64,000 nucleotides of DNA from positions 17,102-81,101 of the forward strand of contig JBAYJR010000003.1 in NCBI GenBank assembly GCA_041665005.1, read 5' to 3'. Position numbers and translations under genes: made by a program. This DNA comes from Candidatus Buchananbacteria bacterium. Its GTDB lineage: Bacteria > Patescibacteriota > Patescibacteriia > 2-01-FULL-39-33 > JBAYJR01. Below the pieces are notes generated by a model. That model worked only from the letters and a program-made list of their open reading frames with translations, was not told where the DNA came from and did no database searches. How positions within the stretch are numbered: position 1 is the stretch's first letter; each line of letters opens with the position of its first letter. Positions 1-9,585 of this stretch are shown in pieces.

Positions 1-22
1 TGCTCAAGACAAAAAGCTCAAC

Positions 23-415
23 ATGAGAATTGACGAACTGCAGGACATGCTCTTGTTTGTCCGCAACGCTTACGAAGCCTATACCAAATCGCCAGACGAG
101 ATGAAGCGATTATTCCTCGGTCTTTACTGGGAGAGATTTGAGGTGGCCGACAAAAAAGTCCAAACCGTAATACCAACGCCGATCATCAGAGGACTGATGC
201 AAGCCGAAAACATGGTATTCACCAAGAAATACAAAGAAATCACCGGACCAAGAATAATAACCGACTTGGCCGTAGAATTTACACCATTCATAGCCGGCAA
301 ATCAAAACCATTAGTTGCCCCTAAAACGCAAAAATCCCGACAAATTGCCGAGATTCCTGCAATGATATCCAATCAACCGAACTCGGTTATATTAGATACC
401 GTTTGGGGTGGATAA
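23..415 (+). CDS. Hypothetical protein, 5'-partial (frame is open to the window edge). Codon usage is atypical (CTC/CTG/ATC/ACC-rich). The stop overlaps the 3' end of tRNA-His.
   Basis: ORF track. No in-frame stop between position 2 and 23. Composition differs visibly from neighbouring AT-rich host genes. Confidence 0.4.
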   Translation: MRIDELQDMLLFVRNAYEAYTKSPDEMKRLFLGLYWERFEVADKKVQTVIPTPIIRGLMQAENMVFTKKYKEITGPRIITDLAVEFTPFIAGKSKPLVAPKTQKSRQIAEIPAMISNQPNSVILDTVWGG

Positions 416-481
416 TGGGACTTGAACCCATAACCTCTGGTGCCACAAACCAGCGCTCTAACCAATTGAGCTATACCCACC
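406..481 (-). tRNA. tRNA-His (anticodon GTG)
   Basis: Cloverleaf read from the reverse complement: acceptor GGTGGGT/ATCCACC with one G-U, anticodon stem CTGGT/ACCAG, loop TTGTGGC, T-arm ATGGG-TTCAAGT-CCCAT, discriminator C73. No encoded CCA or G-1. Confidence 0.8.
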
Positions 482-619
482 ATAATAGTAGAAAGTAAAA
501 AGTTGAAAGTTTATAAAGTAGCCTTTGGTCAATTTATTACTTTCCAATGATTATCAATGTAACAGAAATCATCATCATTGTCTAGGCTAGACTAATTTTG
601 TCTGATACATATTAACCAC

Positions 620-694
620 TGGTGTCCCCAAGAGGAGTCGAACCTCTGTCTAGAGCTTAGAAGGCTCTCGTTCTATCCGCTGAACTATGAGGAC
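620..694 (-). tRNA. tRNA-Arg (anticodon TCT)
   Basis: Reverse complement gives acceptor GTCCTCA/TGGGGAC, anticodon stem AGAGC/GCTCT with loop CTTCTAA, T-arm AGAGG-TTCGACT-CCTCT, and an encoded CCA. Confidence 0.85.
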
Positions 695-744
695 TTAAAA
701 AGCAATTAAATTATAGTGAAAAATTGGTCATTTGTCAAGATAAA

Positions 745-778
745 AACCCCGATCACGTTGGATCGGGGTTAATTTTTT
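745..778. terminator. Rho-independent terminator hairpin (AACCCCGATC-acgttg-GATCGGGGTT), T/A-flanked and usable in both directions. Sits downstream of the minus-strand transporter gene.
   Basis: Perfect 10-bp inverted repeat followed by TTTTTT on + and AAAAA on the other side. Confidence 0.6.
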
Positions 779-1964
779 AGTGTTTAAAAATTGGTTGATA
801 ACTGAACAGGATAATCAAACCAAAGGTTAAACCGGTAATTCCTAATAGTTGTAAGCAAGCGGTTAAAGAAAAAATTTTTAACCAGTAAGCAAACAGCCAC
901 ATTGACAAGACTTCGCCCAGACTGACGGCCGAAGATTTGAAGGAAGCGACCGTGGCGCGATTATTAGCATTAAGATAGCGATGTAGCATGTGGTTAGTGA
1001 GGGGCGTCATATAGCCACGAGCGACATTTTGTAGTAATACTAGTAAGGCGGCAGCCTGGCTGACAAAAATTCCCATCGCAATAATTGGCAAACTGACCAC
1101 CAAGACCATTAGCACGGCACTGTAAAACTCTCCTAGTTTTTGATACAACCATTCTGAGCTGTAACTACTAAGGGCAGCTGTGGCATTGAGAGCTAAAAAG
1201 ATCCAGCCAAAAGTTTTGAGGGGTAAGTCGACCAAGGTAAAATAAGGGTTGTAGGTAAAAAACCAAATTTTAGAAATTACGCTGATTAAAATCGAAAAAA
1301 TAATAATCCATTTTAGTTCGCGATGGTTTTTAACAAATCCAAAACTGGTTTTAAACAACTGGTAGTAGCCGGACCAAGTTTTTTGGTAATGTTCTACGAC
1401 CGGTGGATCAATTAGGCGACTGGCCACTAAACAATTTGCAGCGATGAAGATTACGCTTAGATAAGCGGGTAGCCGTAAATTTAAATTAGCTAAGTAGCCA
1501 ACCAGTGGAGAACAAATTGCCATTAAGGCTAAGCGGTAGGAATTTGCTTTACCAATAATGTTTTTGAATTCTTTTTCTCGACCCGCAACTTTTAGGGTGT
1601 CTATTAGTAGCGAAGAATCGGCATTAGACATTAAAGAATAGGCTATCACCCAAATTAAATTAGCCAACCAAACCGTTAGTTGATTGTTGGCCGCAGCGAA
1701 GAGTAAACATTCCAAAGTAATCAGTAGCCGCGACCAAAAAATGGTGCGTCGTCGACCGATTAAATCTGCTAAAGCTCCTGCCGGCACATCTAACAAAACT
1801 ACACCCATTACACAGCACGCTTCCATAAAGTAAATTTGCCCCAAACTCATCCGTCCTACATTTTGAATATAGGTAATCAAAATTGGTCCCCAAAATAAGG
1901 GCTCGGCTAAAAGTTGTAGCCAATAGTAAAGAATGATGTTTCTGTGAACTTGTTGTTGGTTCAT
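777..1964 (-). CDS. Major facilitator superfamily (MFS) transporter, about 12 TM segments
   Basis: 395-aa polytopic hydrophobic protein. Characteristic 'DLIGRRR' loop motif between TM2 and TM3. Confidence 0.7.
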   Translation of the reverse strand: MNQQQVHRNIILYYWLQLLAEPLFWGPILITYIQNVGRMSLGQIYFMEACCVMGVVLLDVPAGALADLIGRRRTIFWSRLLITLECLLFAAANNQLTVWLANLIWVIAYSLMSNADSSLLIDTLKVAGREKEFKNIIGKANSYRLALMAICSPLVGYLANLNLRLPAYLSVIFIAANCLVASRLIDPPVVEHYQKTWSGYYQLFKTSFGFVKNHRELKWIIIFSILISVISKIWFFTYNPYFTLVDLPLKTFGWIFLALNATAALSSYSSEWLYQKLGEFYSAVLMVLVVSLPIIAMGIFVSQAAALLVLLQNVARGYMTPLTNHMLHRYLNANNRATVASFKSSAVSLGEVLSMWLFAYWLKIFSLTACLQLLGITGLTFGLIILFSYQPIFKH

Positions 1965-2368
1965 TAGTTATTCCTCCTGTTGTTGTAAAGTACTAGCCGC
2001 CAAAAATAAAAAACTCGGCAGGTCTAGCCGAGGAAGTTTTTATGAAAAAACAGTAATTGATTAAGTAATTAGTTTAAACACTGCCCGGGTTAGACCACAA
2101 GTAATAGCACTGGTGCCGTAAAAATCGGCATCAGTCCATAAGCTCATTGGGGTGTGTTTAAATTGTTGTTGCATATTAATTTAACTGTAGCATATTGGCT
2201 TAAAAACTGTCAATCGGGTTGCCAGGGTTTATAGTAAATAGCTAAAAGTAGACTTGACAAAGTTAAACAAATCTAGTAAGATATTAGCAGTTAATTAATA
2301 ACGCCCCTCTGGTTTCTTGCTCATTGTCAGGCATAAACTAGGGAGTGCGAAAAGAAAGGAAAAACCAT

Positions 2369-2719
2369 ATGTTGGACAAAAAAGTCAAACAGCGGATTAT
2401 TGACAAGTATAAGACCCATGAAAACGATACCGGGTCGCCCGAAGTACAGATTGCTTTGTTAACTGAGGAAATTAAAAACCTCACGGAGCATTTAAAAATT
2501 CATAAAAAGGATTTTTCTTCACGTCGTGGTTTATTAAAAAAGCTTACTGAAAGACGCCGGTTGTTGCGCTATTTAGAAAAAGAAAGCGAAACCCGTTTTG
2601 AGGAATTAGCTAAAAAATTAAAGTTAAAAATTGCCAAGCGGACTGACGAATTTTCTAAGTTGTTAGCCGAAGCGGCCACCGAACGTGATGAAGCCGCCGA
2701 AAGCCAACCAGTTGTCTAA
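2369..2719 (+). CDS. rpsO: 30S ribosomal protein S15, with a ~30-aa Lys/Glu-rich C-terminal extension
   Basis: '[48 protein letters not shown]' matches the S15 core. Start taken at the Met with upstream AAGGAAAA. The ORF track starts 8 codons earlier. Confidence 0.9.
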   Translation: MLDKKVKQRIIDKYKTHENDTGSPEVQIALLTEEIKNLTEHLKIHKKDFSSRRGLLKKLTERRRLLRYLEKESETRFEELAKKLKLKIAKRTDEFSKLLAEAATERDEAAESQPVV

Positions 2720-2728
2720 TTATAATCT

Positions 2729-3238
2729 ATGATCAAACATAAAGAGCAGCGAGTGGGAGTATTTATTGATGTGGCTAACATGTACCACTCGGCCAAGAAT
2801 TTATATTCTGCTCGAGTTAACTATAAGGAGATTCTTACTAAAGCCGTGGCCGGTCGTAAATTGATTCGAGCCATTGCTTATGTCGTCAAGGCGCAAATTG
2901 GTGAGGAAGAAAGTTTTTTCTCGGCTTTAGACAAACAGGGCTTTGAAGTAAAAAGTAAAGATTTACAAATTTTTCCCGGTGGCATGAAAAAAGGCGACTG
3001 GGATGTTGGTATTACTATTGATATGATTAAAATGTCGCCGCAGTTAGACTCCATTGTTTTGGTAACTGGCGACGGTGATTATTTACCAGCGGTACAATAT
3101 TTACAATTTCATGGTCGGCAGGTAGAAGTGATGGCTTTTGGTAAAACCACTTCCGCTAAATTGGTAGAAGTGGCCGATGATTTTATTGATTTATCAACCG
3201 AATCACGTCGTTATTTAATTACCAATCGTCGGTATTAA
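2729..3238 (+). CDS. NYN-domain (LabA/DUF88-like, PIN-fold) predicted RNase
   Basis: 'VGVFIDVANMYHS...VLVTGDGDY' motifs of the NYN/LabA family. Lies between rpsO and pnp. Confidence 0.7.
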   Translation: MIKHKEQRVGVFIDVANMYHSAKNLYSARVNYKEILTKAVAGRKLIRAIAYVVKAQIGEEESFFSALDKQGFEVKSKDLQIFPGGMKKGDWDVGITIDMIKMSPQLDSIVLVTGDGDYLPAVQYLQFHGRQVEVMAFGKTTSAKLVEVADDFIDLSTESRRYLITNRRY

Positions 3239-3396
3239 GTTATTTAAAATTTAATTAATAAAAACTTTTTGGTGTAAGTTGGGGTTATTTGAAAGAGTTA
3301 AATACAAATTTGGTTTAGGTGGTTAAAACTTAAAATGTGTAATTAACTTTTTCAAGTATTTCTCGTTACGACCAAAAAAGTAGAAAGGAATTTTTT

Positions 3397-5619
3397 ATGT
3401 CTGAAGTAAAAAAATTCTCGACCGAATTTTGTGGTCGTACTTTGACTATCGAAACTGGACGGATAGCCAAACAAACTAATGCCAGTTGCACGGTGCAATA
3501 TGGCGAAACCGTGGTGCTAGCGACGGTAGTAATGTCCAAAGATCAACGCGAAGGCATTGATTTTTTTCCGTTATCCGTAGAATATGAAGAACGGTTATAT
3601 GCGGCGGGTAAGATTAAAGGTTCGCGTTGGGTTAAACGGGAAGGTCGGCCGAGCGAAGAAGCAGTACTGTCTGGTCGGATGATCGATCGCGCGATTAGAC
3701 CATTATTTCCTCAAGGCGTCAGAAACGATGTCCAGATAGTTTTGACGGTATTATCTTATGACGCGGAAAATGATTCAAATATTGTGGCTTTAATTGCGGC
3801 TTCGGCGGCGTTAACTATTTCTGATATTCCTTGGGCCGGTCCTTTGGCGGGAGTCAAAGTCGGTCGCGTTGAAGGTAAATTAGTATTTAACCCCACCCCA
3901 GCCGAAAAAGAAAAATCTGATTTAGATTTAGTAGTGGCCGGTTTAAATGACAAAGTTTTAATGTTAGAAGCCGGGGCTAAGCAGATTCCTGAAGCCGAGA
4001 TGTATGAGGCGATTGCTAAAGCCATGGAGCCTATTACCGTGGTGCAGAAATTCTTGCAGGAAATACAGACGCAAATTGGCAAGGTTAAGTTACCAACGGA
4101 ATTTTTTGCCGCCAAGATTACCGCGGAGCAACAAGCCGAAACTGAAAAAATTCAACAGTTGGTGGCAACTTTTGCCGCCGCTAAAGTTGAGGCCGCCTTA
4201 TTTAGTAAATCTTTAGATTCCAAATCCTCACGCAAAGAGGCAATTGCTAAATTGGATGAAGAATTGGCTAAAGAATTAATTGCCCAAGGCTTGCCGGTTG
4301 AAAAAATTGAGTCAGCCCAAGGATATTTGTATGAATTAATCGAAGGTCAAGTGACAGAAAATATTTTAAAGCATGATCGACGGGTGGATGGTCGTTTATT
4401 AACTGACGTTCGAGTTTTGGTGGGTGAAGTTAGTATTTTACCACGGACTCACGGTTCCGCGATTTTTTCTCGTGGCGAAACCCAAGTGCTTTCTTTGGTT
4501 ACCTTAGGCTCTCCGGGAGATGAACAGCAACTGGAAGGTTTGGAAGAAAATGGTAAAAAACGCTACATGCATCATTATAATTTTCCTCCTTATTCTGTTG
4601 GTGAAATCGGCAGACTAGGTTCTCCGGGACGTCGCGAAATTGGTCACGGAGATTTAGCGGAACGCGCTTTAGTGCCGGTATTACCGACCAAAGAGCAGTT
4701 TCCTTATACTATACGGGTAGTTTCAGAAGTAATGGGTTCTAACGGTTCTTCTTCAATGGCCTCTACTTGTGGCTCAACTTTATCCTTAATGGATGCTGGG
4801 GTGCCAATTACTGCTCCCGTCGCGGGAGTGGCCATGGGTTTAGCTTCTGATGGCAAGGGTCAATTTAAAGTACTAACCGATTTACAAGATTTAGAAGATG
4901 GTACTGGTGGCATGGATTTTAAAATCACGGGTACTAGCCAGGGAATTACCGCGATACAATTAGATACCAAAACTGATGGCTTGCCACTAACTGTAGTAAA
5001 ACAAACTTTGGAGCAAGCCAAACCAGCGCGGCAACAAATTTTAGAGTTAATTACTAAAACTATTCCGACGCCAAGATTAGAAATGTCAAAATATGCGCCA
5101 CGGATTATTACTTTCAGTATTCCGATTGATAAAATTAGAGATGTAATTGGTCCAGGCGGCAAAATGATTAATGAAATTATTGATGAAACGGGAGTAACGA
5201 TTGATATTGAACAAGATGGTATGGTTTATATTACTTCGGCTAATGCTGAAGCGGCAGTTAAGGCGCAAGATTGGATAAAAAATATTACTCGCGAAGTAGT
5301 GGCCGGCGAAGTTTATCAAGGTACGATTACTCGGATGTTAGATTTTGGTGCCTTTGCAGAAATTTTACCTAAACAGGAAGGTTTGATTCATGTTTCAGAA
5401 TTAGCCTGGGGTCATGTCAATAGAGTAACCGATGTGGTGCAGATTGGCGATGTGGTGCCGGTCAAGGTGTTGCAAATTGACGATCAAGGACGCATTAATT
5501 TATCTCGTAAGGCTTTAATTCCTAAACCTGAAGGTTATATTGAAGAGCCACCAATGGAACGGCCCCGACGTTTTGATCGTAATAGCGGTTCGGGTGGTCA
5601 AAGACCTTTCCGCCGCTAA
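3397..5619 (+). CDS. pnp: Polyribonucleotide nucleotidyltransferase (PNPase)
   Basis: Two RNase PH-like domains plus KH and S1 domains. Canonical position after rpsO. Confidence 0.95.
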   Translation: MSEVKKFSTEFCGRTLTIETGRIAKQTNASCTVQYGETVVLATVVMSKDQREGIDFFPLSVEYEERLYAAGKIKGSRWVKREGRPSEEAVLSGRMIDRAIRPLFPQGVRNDVQIVLTVLSYDAENDSNIVALIAASAALTISDIPWAGPLAGVKVGRVEGKLVFNPTPAEKEKSDLDLVVAGLNDKVLMLEAGAKQIPEAEMYEAIAKAMEPITVVQKFLQEIQTQIGKVKLPTEFFAAKITAEQQAETEKIQQLVATFAAAKVEAALFSKSLDSKSSRKEAIAKLDEELAKELIAQGLPVEKIESAQGYLYELIEGQVTENILKHDRRVDGRLLTDVRVLVGEVSILPRTHGSAIFSRGETQVLSLVTLGSPGDEQQLEGLEENGKKRYMHHYNFPPYSVGEIGRLGSPGRREIGHGDLAERALVPVLPTKEQFPYTIRVVSEVMGSNGSSSMASTCGSTLSLMDAGVPITAPVAGVAMGLASDGKGQFKVLTDLQDLEDGTGGMDFKITGTSQGITAIQLDTKTDGLPLTVVKQTLEQAKPARQQILELITKTIPTPRLEMSKYAPRIITFSIPIDKIRDVIGPGGKMINEIIDETGVTIDIEQDGMVYITSANAEAAVKAQDWIKNITREVVAGEVYQGTITRMLDFGAFAEILPKQEGLIHVSELAWGHVNRVTDVVQIGDVVPVKVLQIDDQGRINLSRKALIPKPEGYIEEPPMERPRRFDRNSGSGGQRPFRR

Positions 5620-5694
5620 AGCATTTTTCTCGTTATTTTAAAAACCCATAATCAGAGCTGATTAAGCTTAGATTATGGGTTTTAGTTAAAGATT

Positions 5695-7083
5695 ATGTGG
5701 TCAAAAATCAAAGCATTAAAACTTAATTTAAGGCAAAGTATAATTTTGGTTGTAACTTTGTTAATTTTAGGTTTGCTGGGCGGTTGGGGATGGTATGATC
5801 AGAATTTTTTAGCGGATAATTTAGCCAGATATTTGCCAGAAAATCCGGTTTACTATGTGCATCTAAATTTAACGGTTAAACCAATTGATGAATTAAGTAA
5901 AAGTTTTTTAAATAGTCAGAGTAGTATTCTTAAAGAGATTTGGCCCGAGCCGGATTATTTATTAAGCCCAGAATTTTTAACTTTGGTTGATCGCGAGGTC
6001 GCATTGGCGGGTTTTTGGCAGACGACTGAGCAAACTAAGACTTGGCAAACAGTAGTAATTGTTAAAACTAAACAAGCCGGCGGTTTGGTTGATTTGGCTT
6101 TAAGTAAAGGTTTGGCGATTAAAAAATTGGCTAACAATATTTATTTGTTGGGTCAGTTAAAGCCAGAATTAAAAAAAGCAGTTTGGTCAAAAACTGATCT
6201 TTATCAGTTGTATCAAAGAAATTGTTTAAAGCGAGCAAATTTTTGTGCCTATTTAAGCGCTAACCAAATTGAATGGCCTAGTAATTTATCAGAGTTACTT
6301 AAAAATGCTAGTTTACTGAATAATTTAGCAGTGGATCAGCCTAGTTTTTTTAGTTGGCATAAAGAAGCTAAAAGAATTGTTTGGCAAATTGTTCCGGTGG
6401 TTAAACTTAAGCAGAGTTTTGCGCCTGTACTTTGGCGGTTGGCGCAAAATCTTCCCAAAAACGCTTTGGCAGTTGGTTATAACTTGCCGGTTGATCAATG
6501 GGTGAGTCAAGAATTAAATTTAGTAGGCTTAAGTTCGGAATTAAATCAAGAGATTATCAATACTTTAAGTGGTAGTAGTTTGTGGTGGCAGTTTTTAGTT
6601 AAGGATAAACCGGTTAATTTATTAGTTTTAGCCGTGCCAGAATTAAGCCAAGACCAGGTTAGCAATTTTTTGACTAGTTATCTGGCTCGGTTGTGGCCAA
6701 AAACTGAAACCCGAATTTTGCCGGACCGCAGTAGTTATCAGGAATTAATCGTTGATCAAACTACAATTAGCTTACAAAGTCAAAAAATTGCCAGGCAGGT
6801 GGTTTATAATACTTGGTTGCCTTCACAAAAGGCCTTAGTTTGGTGGCAAAAAGATGGTTTGCTGTTTTTGGCCGATTCTTTGGAGGCGGCTAACCAGTAT
6901 TTGTTGGTTGATCAAGAAAGGGTTGGTTGGAATTACGCTAAATTTTTGGCCGGTTTGGGTAATAATTTACCAGCTTGGTCAGTTTATTTAACTGGTGATT
7001 GGCTAGAAAAACTTAACTTAAAAGGCTTTAAGACGATGCTAATTAAGCAAGAAAATGCTAAGTTAACTGGTTTTTTGCAGTAG
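5695..7083 (+). CDS. Hypothetical membrane-anchored protein (N-terminal TM, large extracytoplasmic domain)
   Basis: ORF track. N-terminal hydrophobic helix. No recognisable motif. Confidence 0.5.
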   Translation: MWSKIKALKLNLRQSIILVVTLLILGLLGGWGWYDQNFLADNLARYLPENPVYYVHLNLTVKPIDELSKSFLNSQSSILKEIWPEPDYLLSPEFLTLVDREVALAGFWQTTEQTKTWQTVVIVKTKQAGGLVDLALSKGLAIKKLANNIYLLGQLKPELKKAVWSKTDLYQLYQRNCLKRANFCAYLSANQIEWPSNLSELLKNASLLNNLAVDQPSFFSWHKEAKRIVWQIVPVVKLKQSFAPVLWRLAQNLPKNALAVGYNLPVDQWVSQELNLVGLSSELNQEIINTLSGSSLWWQFLVKDKPVNLLVLAVPELSQDQVSNFLTSYLARLWPKTETRILPDRSSYQELIVDQTTISLQSQKIARQVVYNTWLPSQKALVWWQKDGLLFLADSLEAANQYLLVDQERVGWNYAKFLAGLGNNLPAWSVYLTGDWLEKLNLKGFKTMLIKQENAKLTGFLQ

Positions 7084-7095
7084 TTAATGTTTAGC

Positions 7096-7153
7096 TGTGG
7101 ATAATATGTGGATTAAATAGTATTTTTTTGATTCGTCTAGAGAGCTATCCACA
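7096..7153. promoter_or_regulatory. Cluster of three DnaA-box-like 9-mers, two inverted: TGTGGATAA (rc TTATCCACA), TGTGGATTA and CTATCCACA, with an AT-rich spacer
   Basis: Direct reading. One perfect match and two one-mismatch matches to the TTATCCACA consensus within 58 bp. Confidence 0.35.
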
Positions 7154-7526
7154 ATTGAGTTTTAGGGTTAAAAAGTTTATAGCTGAGGTTAGCAGAAAAT
7201 AATGATTGACCAAGAGCAAATAAAATGTTATAATTAATAATGTTAACTAATGCTTTAACTAAAAAAGAGTTGATAAGTGGCTAGACTCAACTCAAATAAA
7301 AACAAAATCAAAGGTAATTTTGATTGGTCGAAAGAAAAAACCAATTATTACTACCAATTATAAGGCATAGTTTGTCCCTTTCAGCTTTCTGCCACAAAGC
7401 GTCCAAAAACCTTAGCACTGTAAATCTTCACCTTCTAGCTAAAAGTTAGCTGGAAAATGAGGTAGAACTAAGGCCTTGGGCGTCTGTCGGACTAATAAAA
7501 AACTCATTGTGATATACAATAGATTA

Positions 7527-7553
7527 GCGCCGCACAGGCGCCCTTCTTTTTTT
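7527..7553 (+). terminator. Rho-independent terminator (GCGCC-gcaca-GGCGC then CCTTCTTTTTTT)
   Basis: GC hairpin followed by a T-run. Confidence 0.6.
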
Positions 7554-7577
7554 GTAGAAAAATCAATTTTAGTATTC

Positions 7578-7605
7578 TTGACATCTACCCCAGATGGTTT
7601 ATAAT
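7578..7605 (+). promoter_or_regulatory. Consensus sigma70-type promoter: TTGACA, 16 bp spacer, TATAAT
   Basis: Perfect -35 and -10 hexamers about 30 bp upstream of the DksA/TraR-like gene. Confidence 0.6.
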
Positions 7606-7633
7606 AGTAGCTATTAAGTTTAATTAATCTTTT

Positions 7634-8011
7634 ATGGATAAAATTTTTATTGATGAGATAAAAGAAAAGCTAATTCAAGAGCAGGAGCGGAGTCAAAGAG
7701 AATTAGCAAAATTTTCTAAAAAAAGTATAGAAAACGACGCTTCACGAGAAGTAATTTTTCCTGATTTTGGTGACAAGGAAGATGAAAATGCCGAAGAGGT
7801 GGCGACTTATACCACCAATCTTTCTTTAGAAAAGAAGTTAGAAGAAACCTTACGCGATGTGGCTGGAGCGCTAAAGCGAATCGCCGAAGGCAAATATGGT
7901 ATTTGCAAATTTTGTGGTCAAGAAATTGATAAGTCGCGATTGTTAGCTCGGCCGGTTTCCTCCAGCTGTGTTAGCTGTAAAAAAAGCTTAAAAGGAGAAA
8001 ATATTAAATAA
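7634..8011 (+). CDS. DksA/TraR-family C4 zinc-finger protein
   Basis: C-terminal 'CKFCGQEIDKSRLLARPVSSSCVSCKK' (C-x2-C-x17-C-x2-C) after a coiled-coil region. Confidence 0.7.
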   Translation: MDKIFIDEIKEKLIQEQERSQRELAKFSKKSIENDASREVIFPDFGDKEDENAEEVATYTTNLSLEKKLEETLRDVAGALKRIAEGKYGICKFCGQEIDKSRLLARPVSSSCVSCKKSLKGENIK

Positions 8012-8024
8012 AAATTGTTGTGTC

Positions 8025-8486
8025 ATGAAAAAGATAGTAGTGCTTAACTTGGTGGCTTTGTTTTTTTTCTTAGTTTGCCGTTTTATCGCCTATTATTTAT
8101 TATTAAACCCCGAGCTTGCCAGGGGTTTTATTTTTTTGCCGATTTTAACTTGGTCTTTAAAATTTAACACCAATTTAGCTTTTAGTTTGGCCTTACCAAA
8201 TTTTTTGATCATAATTTTAATGGGACTAGTGTTAATTTTTTTGGCCTGGTGGTGGTTTAATAGTTTAAAAAATTTAGTAGCTACCGAAAATTTTTATTTA
8301 GCGTTAATTATTGCCGGCGCCTTGAGTAATTTAAGTGATCGTTTAAACTGGGGCGGAGTGCTAGATTATTGGCAGTTTTTAAATTTATCAATTTTTAATT
8401 TAGCGGATGTTTTGATTGTGGTCGGAATTATCGGATTATTGCTAAAAAATTTATTAGTTAACGAAAACAAAACTTATGTCCGCTAA
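8025..8486 (+). CDS. lspA: Lipoprotein signal peptidase (signal peptidase II)
   Basis: 'GALSNLSDRL' and 'FNLADVLIVVG' LspA signatures. 4-TM topology. Confidence 0.8.
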   Translation: MKKIVVLNLVALFFFLVCRFIAYYLLLNPELARGFIFLPILTWSLKFNTNLAFSLALPNFLIIILMGLVLIFLAWWWFNSLKNLVATENFYLALIIAGALSNLSDRLNWGGVLDYWQFLNLSIFNLADVLIVVGIIGLLLKNLLVNENKTYVR

Positions 8487-9420
8487 GGTTTTTTCGGCCG
8501 CGGTAGTGGGCCTAGATTGTCAGTTAGTGGAAGTGGAGGCTGATGTTTCGCCTTTTAGTCAACCGGGAATTACCATTGTTGGTTTGCCCGATAAGGCGGT
8601 GGATGAAGCCAAAGAAAGAGTGCGTAGCGCCGTTAAAAATTCTAATTTGCAATTTCCTCGGGGCAAGGTGACGGTTAATTTGGCTCCGGCGGATTTAAAA
8701 AAAGAAGGGCCAATTTATGATTTGCCAATGGCCGTTAGTATTTTAATTACCGCCAAAGAATTACCGCAGATTGTCAATAAACAGCAATTATTTATTGGGG
8801 AATTAGCGCTAGACGGTTTATTGCGTCCGGTTTGTGGTGTTATTTCAATTGCGATTTTTTGTCGCGAACATGGGATAAAAGAATTGTTTTTGCCAGAAGC
8901 CAATGCGCCCGAAGCCACCTTAATTCCCGATTTAATTATTTATCCGGTCAAAAATTTAGGCCAATTAATTAATCATCTCAAAGGGCAGGAGTTAATTGAA
9001 GTGGCTAAAGCGTTGGTAATTGAGGCTGAGCAAGTTGTAGCGGTAGATTCGGCGTTTGATTTTGCTTTTATCCGTGGTCAGGAACAGGTTAAGCGTGCTT
9101 TAGAGATTGCCGCGGCGGGCGGGCATAATATTTTAATGTCCGGGCCCCCGGGCTCGGGTAAAACTTTGTTAGCCAAGGCTTTTCCGACTATTTTACCCAC
9201 CATGACTTTAAGAGAAAGCTTGGAAGTGACCAAAATTTATAGCGTGGCCGGGGTGTTGCCAATTGATAAGCCGTTAATTGTGCAACGTCCTTGGCGTAAT
9301 CCGCATCATACGGCTTCGGGAGCGGCTTTGGTCGGCGGTGGCGCTTGGCCGCGGCCGGGAGAAATTTCTTTAGCACATCGCGGCGTGTTATTTTTAACAA
9401 GAGTCCCGCAATCAGCATAA
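8476..9420 (+). pseudogene. comM: ComM/YifB Mg-chelatase-family ATPase, 5' fragment. It is interrupted after '...AHRGVLFL' by the inserted element and runs into the stop as 'TRVPQSA*'.
   Basis: N-terminal Lon-like domain plus Walker A 'MSGPPGSGKTLLAK'. The protein is about 300 aa short of family length, and the missing C-terminus is found at 22881-23513. Confidence 0.8.
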
Positions 9421-9585
9421 GCAATTCTTTACTCATAACGATCCCGATTCTCTCAGAAACCGAGAGAAGACGGGAGGTTTTGGCTACCAATCCAGGAATG
9501 CATCGCGGGCGTAGTTCTGTATGATTACGTACTATCTGAAGATATGGCGGCAATTTATGAAAAATAAAACGACATAGTACTACAT

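Noticed and set aside
124-372. Numerous antisense or overlapping short ORFs in the track (e.g. 124-372, 1660-1923, 3756-4115, 4860-5319, 13087-14389, 15171-16199, 28619-29218, 34111-34506, 38229-38958, 58809-59046)
   Set aside because: Each lies fully inside a longer, motif-supported gene on the other strand or frame and has no RBS or start context. They are treated as frame-shadow artefacts.
7096-7153. Calling the DnaA-box cluster the chromosomal origin
   Set aside because: Only three boxes are present, and there is no adjacent dnaA/dnaN or clear unwinding element. It is reported as a regulatory cluster instead.
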